Source: an uncultured virus (IMG/VR IMGVR_UViG_3300042564_005422)
Lineage: Duplodnaviria > Heunggongvirae > Uroviricota > Caudoviricetes
IMG/VR virus record: IMGVR_UViG_3300042564_005422
Strand: one strand, 5' to 3'
Length of the DNA: 20,000 nucleotides
The notes below the pieces were generated by a model. The model saw only the letters and a program-made list of their open reading frames with translations. It did not search any database and was not told where the DNA came from. Both the position numbers and the translations under genes were made by a program. Shown here one piece after another: positions 15,135 to 20,000 of this stretch. Within the stretch, counting starts at the first letter, position 1, and each line of letters begins with the position of its first letter.

Positions 15135-15632
15135 ATGACTCCTGAATTAAAAAAACAACCAATATTCAAAGACCATAGAGGTTCTTTCACACCAATTAAA
15201 TTATCCGATAAATGGATTCAATCAAACATTAGTATTAATGAAGATATTTTTGTTTTCAGAGGGTTACATTTGCAAAAATACCCAAAATCGCAAGCAAAAC
15301 AATTAACTGTTATTCAGGGACGCATTTTAGATTTTTGTGTCTGTATTGATAAGTTAAACCCAAATTTTGGTAAAACTTTTGATTTTATGATGAATGAAGG
15401 TGATGTTCTTTATGTACCTCATGGATATGCTCATGGATTTTTAACTTTACAAAGTGGAACTATAGTCAATTACTTAGTCGATGAAGAATACTCTTCAGAC
15501 CATGAAGTTTCGATAAAATGGGATAGTGTTGAAGATGTTAGAGAGTTAATTACAAAAATGACATCAGGTTTCACTTTTAAATTAAAAATGAGTGACAAAG
15601 ATAGTGACGGCATTAATTTTTCAGAATTATGA
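15135..15632 (+). CDS. rmlC: dTDP-4-dehydrorhamnose 3,5-epimerase family (cupin)
   Basis: FKDHRGSF, QSNIS, RGLHLQ, QAKQL, LYVPHGYAHGFLTL, VNYLVD, I.WD and SDKD motifs; start moved from TTG 15099 to ATG 15135 based on the promoter. Confidence 0.9.
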   Translation: MTPELKKQPIFKDHRGSFTPIKLSDKWIQSNISINEDIFVFRGLHLQKYPKSQAKQLTVIQGRILDFCVCIDKLNPNFGKTFDFMMNEGDVLYVPHGYAHGFLTLQSGTIVNYLVDEEYSSDHEVSIKWDSVEDVRELITKMTSGFTFKLKMSDKDSDGINFSEL

Positions 15633-15871
15633 TAATTCAAGATGTTAATGAATTTGCCGAAGGTGCAATCTTATTAGATGGATTTGATGATTGTATTGTA
15701 GGTATTACTGAGGAATTTGGTAACGAGCCAAGGGTTCTTTATTCTCGAGATAAAATCATCACAAAATTAATGGAGGATATGACTGAAGATGAAGCCTACG
15801 AATACTATTATTATAATATTCTCGGTGGGTATTTTGGTGAAAGAAATCCTATATTTTTAACACATCAATAA
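15629..15871 (+). CDS. Hypothetical phage protein (80 aa)
   Basis: ATGA overlap with the rmlC stop; LLDGFDDCIVG...YSRDKII...EAYEYYYYNILG.Y.G..PIF. Confidence 0.8.
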   Translation: MIIQDVNEFAEGAILLDGFDDCIVGITEEFGNEPRVLYSRDKIITKLMEDMTEDEAYEYYYYNILGGYFGERNPIFLTHQ

Positions 15872-16446
15872 TGAGTCATCCAAAAAGATAGAATTTTTGA
15901 GGAGTAACGTCTAATAACTTTGTTAACATTTTCAGGAGTAATTTCTTTACCCTCGTCTTCTAGCATTTTCATAGAACCTCTAATCATTATGTTTCTAGTA
16001 TTATCCGCCAGTTCTACCAAATCTTCAAAATTATCGTCTTCAACATCGTAATGTTCTTTTTTAAGAATATTTCCCCCAATATAAAGATACGGAGATGCTC
16101 CAAACATATTTACAATACCTGTTTCTCTTAATAAATCCAAATATTTTTTTATTTCCAACATTTTAAAATATTTCAATATTTTAGAATTTTCCGCAAGTTT
16201 ATTAACGTCATCATTTTCGTTAATTTTTGATTTTTTTTTGAAATCTTTTTCTAAAATCCATGAATCGGTATCAAGTAAAAAAAGTCCACCTCCATTATCC
16301 CACTCCACATTATATTGAAGAAATCCGGGTCCTTTATTAATCCCGGTAACTGTACCCCTTTCTCCAAAATATTTTGGTTCATCCTCCATTTCTAGACAAA
16401 CTACCCTGTCACCAATTTTCAATTCAGGTTTAATTCTTTTACTCAT
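15865..16446 (-). CDS. Hypothetical protein with a DUF4314-like N-terminal domain and a DUF5049-like LRETG..NMF domain
   Basis: GDRVVCLEMED...GERGTV...VEWDNG..LFLL..D and YLDLLRETGIVNMFGA; family names come from recalled patterns and were not searched. Confidence 0.6.
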   Translation of the reverse strand: MSKRIKPELKIGDRVVCLEMEDEPKYFGERGTVTGINKGPGFLQYNVEWDNGGGLFLLDTDSWILEKDFKKKSKINENDDVNKLAENSKILKYFKMLEIKKYLDLLRETGIVNMFGASPYLYIGGNILKKEHYDVEDDNFEDLVELADNTRNIMIRGSMKMLEDEGKEITPENVNKVIRRYSSKILSFWMTHY

Positions 16447-16460
16447 ATATTTATAAATAT
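16447..16460. promoter_or_regulatory. Palindromic double TATTTAT element between two divergent genes
   Basis: ATATTTATAAATAT is a perfect 14-bp palindrome; the divergent ATGs at 16446 (-) and 16459 (+) are only 12 nt apart. Confidence 0.65.
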
Positions 16461-17082
16461 GTCAACATTAATATTAAGCGAATCACAAAGACGATTATTG
16501 ATTATTGAATCCGTTTCTAATGATTTAGAAAATGTAAAAAATAATTCTGAAGATTTAATAAAAAAAATATACTCAGAAGTTAAAGGTAATTTAAGTTTAG
16601 ATTTTAAATTATTATTAACATGGAGCTCGGCAATTGGTGGGTTTTTAACTCCTTTAAGTCAGTTAATTGACGGACAAATGCCTGAGTTAACTTCAACCGA
16701 TAAATCCTTAATTTTAATTGGTGTGGTGTTTTCAGTAATTTTTCAAAATTCTGATAATTTAAAAAAAATTAAAAATTCATTAAAAGAAAAAGGTCTTTAT
16801 GAGAATTTTTTAATTGTTAAAGAAAAGGCCTCAGATTTAAAAAGTACTTTTTTAAATTTTTTAAGTGGATTAAATATAACTGTTAATGCAATGTCAGGAA
16901 TTATTGCATATTCTTTTTTAATTCCAATAATTCCTATATTATTACAAATCGCAACATCACACTCAATAACTGAGGATGAAATTTTAGAACTAACTAAGAG
17001 AGTTTCCGCTTGGGGATTAACAATAATTAGTTCTAAAACTTTAAAAAATATTTTTGAAAAAATATTAAAAAAATTTGATTAG
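16459..17082 (+). CDS. Hypothetical membrane protein (207 aa)
   Basis: Hydrophobic segments LLLTWSSAIGGFL, LILIGVVFSVIF and GIIAYSFLIPIIPILL; N-terminal LILSESQRRLLIIE. Confidence 0.8.
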   Translation: MSTLILSESQRRLLIIESVSNDLENVKNNSEDLIKKIYSEVKGNLSLDFKLLLTWSSAIGGFLTPLSQLIDGQMPELTSTDKSLILIGVVFSVIFQNSDNLKKIKNSLKEKGLYENFLIVKEKASDLKSTFLNFLSGLNITVNAMSGIIAYSFLIPIIPILLQIATSHSITEDEILELTKRVSAWGLTIISSKTLKNIFEKILKKFD

Positions 17083-18116
17083 TCTTCGTACTTAGAATTA
17101 TATTTTCTTTCTTTCTTACTTCCTCCACCTCTTAACGCTGAAATTGCCGCAAATAGTAAAACAATAACTAAGAAAACTACAACCCCAACAGTAATTCCCG
17201 CAATTTTTAAAGCCGTAATACCTTTCTTTACTAATTTATCGGCAATAGGTTCAACAATAGGTTTTGCACCATTCCAAGCACTTGAACCCATATTTGCGAG
17301 GTCATTTAACCATGGAGTTTGATATTTTCCAAATGAAGGGTTTTTACCTGTTGAAAAATAATTTAATAATTTGTCAAAAACTTCTTGTTGTTCTTTATTA
17401 AATCCTATTTTCATACTCATAGCATTAAGTAACTCTTGGATTTGGTCAGCTGTGGCGTTTTTTGAAAAAATAGTACCAAACACGTCATTTAATAATGTTT
17501 GACTTGAAAATATGTCAGATGTACGTGATAAATTATTTTTTGTAAGTACAAATTGAGCATCAAATGCTTGTCTACTTAAACCATCAAATCTATTAGGATT
17601 TAAATAATTTTGAATTTGAGTAGCAATTCCTAATTCATCTAATTTTGATGAAGAGGAGGAGGAGGACGACGCTCCTTTTTTAGCCTTTTCAAGAACTTTT
17701 TCACCATAATTGGTTTTAACCAATTTTTCCCAGTCATTAGGGTATTTTTGTTTAATTTTATCAATTATTTTAATTTGATTTTCATAAAATTTTTGAGCAA
17801 ATTGGTCGTTAAATGAACTTAATTTTCTACAAAATTGCATAACTTTAGCCCCTTCTACTCTACCTCCATTAACCGCCAAATCTAATACTCTATTAAAGGC
17901 TACGTCTAATGCTTCATTGGACTTTCTACCTATAATGGTACTTAACTCATCAAATGCCTTGACATCGTTTTTTTCTAATCCTGAAACAAACTTGTCTACG
18001 ATTTTACTTCGTAATTCACTATATTGTTCATTAATAACATTTGAGTTATTTGTAAACCCATGCATTTCTAAAATTCTTTGTTTTTCGTTTGGATTAACAG
18101 ATAATATTTTTTTCAT
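17079..18116 (-). CDS. Hypothetical protein with a C-terminal transmembrane helix (345 aa)
   Basis: IAGITVGVVVFLVIVLLFAAISAL followed by a basic tail; poly-Ser linker; N-terminal NEKQRILEMH...VINEQ. Confidence 0.8.
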   Translation of the reverse strand: MKKILSVNPNEKQRILEMHGFTNNSNVINEQYSELRSKIVDKFVSGLEKNDVKAFDELSTIIGRKSNEALDVAFNRVLDLAVNGGRVEGAKVMQFCRKLSSFNDQFAQKFYENQIKIIDKIKQKYPNDWEKLVKTNYGEKVLEKAKKGASSSSSSSSKLDELGIATQIQNYLNPNRFDGLSRQAFDAQFVLTKNNLSRTSDIFSSQTLLNDVFGTIFSKNATADQIQELLNAMSMKIGFNKEQQEVFDKLLNYFSTGKNPSFGKYQTPWLNDLANMGSSAWNGAKPIVEPIADKLVKKGITALKIAGITVGVVVFLVIVLLFAAISALRGGGSKKERKYNSKYED

Positions 18117-18139
18117 TTTTTTATATTTTTATTTTATTA

Positions 18140-19990
18140 TTATAATTCTAATGGATTACCATTTTCATCGACTAACCAATTTGACATATCAAGTTGTCCT
18201 AACATCATCATAATTTCATCTCCACCTAATCTTTCATATGATTTACTAGTAATTATTTTTGACCAATCTGCATCTTTATTTTTTTCCAAAACATCAGAAA
18301 TGTTAGCCAATAATGGTATAAACCAATCAGGATTGTTACTTCTAAACTCTTCTAAATCTTTAGCCAGTTGTGTTTCTTTGTCGTTAGTTAACCCATATTT
18401 TTCAGCCATATGTTTAGCAATTTCAATCACTGTAATGTCAGGTACTAATGTATATTTAATACCTTTATATAGAAGATAACCATATTTTGGTGCGATGTTA
18501 CCAACAGACTCTACACCAATTGCCTTTACAAGTAAATCTGCCCTTTTATTTGCGGATTTAATTTGAGCCTTTAAAGCATCATCAATACCTTTACCAAGAT
18601 TTTGCTTATTTTTAACTACCTGTCTAAAAATATATTTTTCTTCCTGAGTTAAGTTCGATATAAACTTTTTCATACCACTAACAGTTTTAGTGTTATATTG
18701 TGCAAATTTACTAGCTAAACTTTCACATACTGCGGCAGATGGTTGTTTCACAATACCAATACCCTTATGAATAATAGGTAAAAGGGCAAAGACAAAATCC
18801 ATAACCGCATCACCTGTTAATTTACCATTTTTAATCCACTTGGTAGTACCCATTGCTACTGGTATTCCATATTCCCCAAGAGCGGTAACTATTCTCACTA
18901 ATTGAGCCCCTTCCGTAATTGCAAGTCCCGCGGCACTTACCGCCAATGACGCTCCCCAAGTCAATATTGCGGGTCCAACAACATAAATTATTATTTCAAT
19001 CACATCTCCCCATTTTTCCCAAAATTTATCTAAATCACTTTGGGTTAATCTTTCAATCGCCTTTGGGTTTCTTTCATAAACAGCATCTAATATATCGGAT
19101 AATTCATTGTATTGACTGATTTTACTTGAGACCATTTGATTTTCAGAACTTTTAACCAATTCATTGTGAAAAGTCATAAAATAATCTGATTTTGGTAACC
19201 CAACGGAATCTACATAATCGTTATTACGATAAAGACCTTTAATCCCATCTTTAACTGCCAATATTTCTTTATTTTTTTGTCCGCTTATATCTTCTTGTCC
19301 TTTTGACCAATCTAAAAATTCTTGTTTAGTTATACCATAAGGAAAATCGGAATGATAATATTCATTCTTTAACGCTTCATATTTTGCATCACATTCCGAC
19401 TTATTATTATTGTAAACTCCTGTTTTTGAATTTTGACATAGTTCATCTAATTCCTTTTTTCTTTTTTTGTACTCAGGATATTCACTTGGGTGAAACCCAA
19501 ATGGTGTACCTCTTAACCCAACGTTTTCGGCAGTCATTTTAACCCACCCACCAACTTTAACTTTTTTAGTATGAGTACCCGATTTATCCATATATTGTTG
19601 GTCCTGTGTTACATTTGGGTCCCATACAACTCTGTCAGGACTAACTCCAAGTCTTTCGGCTGCACGGTTTTTATTCCATTTAGATTTTGGGTCCGCAAAT
19701 TCATTGTAATCTTGTTTTGGAGTATAATCATTTTTTTGAAAAGATGGGACAGGTGATGTTGAAATGGGTTGTCTATTATTATCCAATTCTTTTGGATATG
19801 TTTTAGAATTTAAATTTGGGAAAATTTCAGAAGGCTTTAACCCTTGGTATGGTCCATCTACTAATTTGTACCCTCCTTCAGGTTTTTTTTGATAAACCAA
19901 TTGTTCAATCATTAATTCATTTTCAGACAAAGTTTTACTTGTGTCATACTCCATTAATAATTTAATTCTATTTAAAATATTTTCACTCAT
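18140..19990 (-). CDS. Hypothetical protein with a central hydrophobic helical hairpin (616 aa)
   Basis: VIEIIIYVVGPAILTWGASLAVSAAGLAI...AVMDFVFALLPII; N-terminal ILNRIKLLMEYDTSKTLSEN; CATTTAT variant just upstream. Confidence 0.8.
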   Translation of the reverse strand: MSENILNRIKLLMEYDTSKTLSENELMIEQLVYQKKPEGGYKLVDGPYQGLKPSEIFPNLNSKTYPKELDNNRQPISTSPVPSFQKNDYTPKQDYNEFADPKSKWNKNRAAERLGVSPDRVVWDPNVTQDQQYMDKSGTHTKKVKVGGWVKMTAENVGLRGTPFGFHPSEYPEYKKRKKELDELCQNSKTGVYNNNKSECDAKYEALKNEYYHSDFPYGITKQEFLDWSKGQEDISGQKNKEILAVKDGIKGLYRNNDYVDSVGLPKSDYFMTFHNELVKSSENQMVSSKISQYNELSDILDAVYERNPKAIERLTQSDLDKFWEKWGDVIEIIIYVVGPAILTWGASLAVSAAGLAITEGAQLVRIVTALGEYGIPVAMGTTKWIKNGKLTGDAVMDFVFALLPIIHKGIGIVKQPSAAVCESLASKFAQYNTKTVSGMKKFISNLTQEEKYIFRQVVKNKQNLGKGIDDALKAQIKSANKRADLLVKAIGVESVGNIAPKYGYLLYKGIKYTLVPDITVIEIAKHMAEKYGLTNDKETQLAKDLEEFRSNNPDWFIPLLANISDVLEKNKDADWSKIITSKSYERLGGDEIMMMLGQLDMSNWLVDENGNPLEL

Positions 19991-20000
19991 TTATAAATGT

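Noticed and set aside
1075..16459. TATAAATA on the + strand read as T4-type late promoters firing rightwards
   Set aside because: The spacing is consistent only relative to start codons on the opposite strand, and most rightward genes at these gaps have their own host-type promoters.
7165..19756. Other short nested ORFs (7165, 7770, 8373, 8509, 10866, 11937, 12544, 13837, 17917, 18919, 19571)
   Set aside because: All lie antisense to or out of frame within longer, better-supported CDSs and lack upstream signals.
1..20000. Stop-codon reassignment as seen in some large phages
   Set aside because: Genes are intact and tightly packed under code 11; TAG (e.g. 9289-9291) and TGA (e.g. 9661-9663) end genes at sensible positions; the tRNA is Arg(UCU), not a suppressor.

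Overview
AT-rich, densely coded segment that is most likely from a large (jumbo/huge) tailed phage infecting a Bacteroidota host. No capsid, terminase or polymerase gene is in the window, so this assignment is inferred from gene content and promoters. Recognisable features: a tmRNA (6252-6644) with an unusually long 21-codon tag ending in SVA, tRNA-Arg(UCU), a ClpC-type AAA+ ATPase lacking its N-domain, an M20/M28-clan metallopeptidase, a KTSC protein, a pol-beta-type nucleotidyltransferase, one active and two degenerate M23 domains, a PspC-domain protein missed by the ORF track, a CxxCxGxG zinc-finger protein, an HNH endonuclease, a peptidoglycan-binding protein with an annexin-like motif, a lipoprotein, RmlC and a putative ADP-ribosyltransferase. 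Two upstream motifs split the genes into two classes. Bacteroidota housekeeping-sigma promoters (TTTG-N18-20-TAnnTTTG) precede the host-like genes. A TATTTAT motif precedes a set of unrelated proteins that share short terminal peptide motifs associated with [IL]-x-E. My leading hypothesis is that this second class is a tagged set of capsid-packaged, protease-matured effector proteins delivered at infection.
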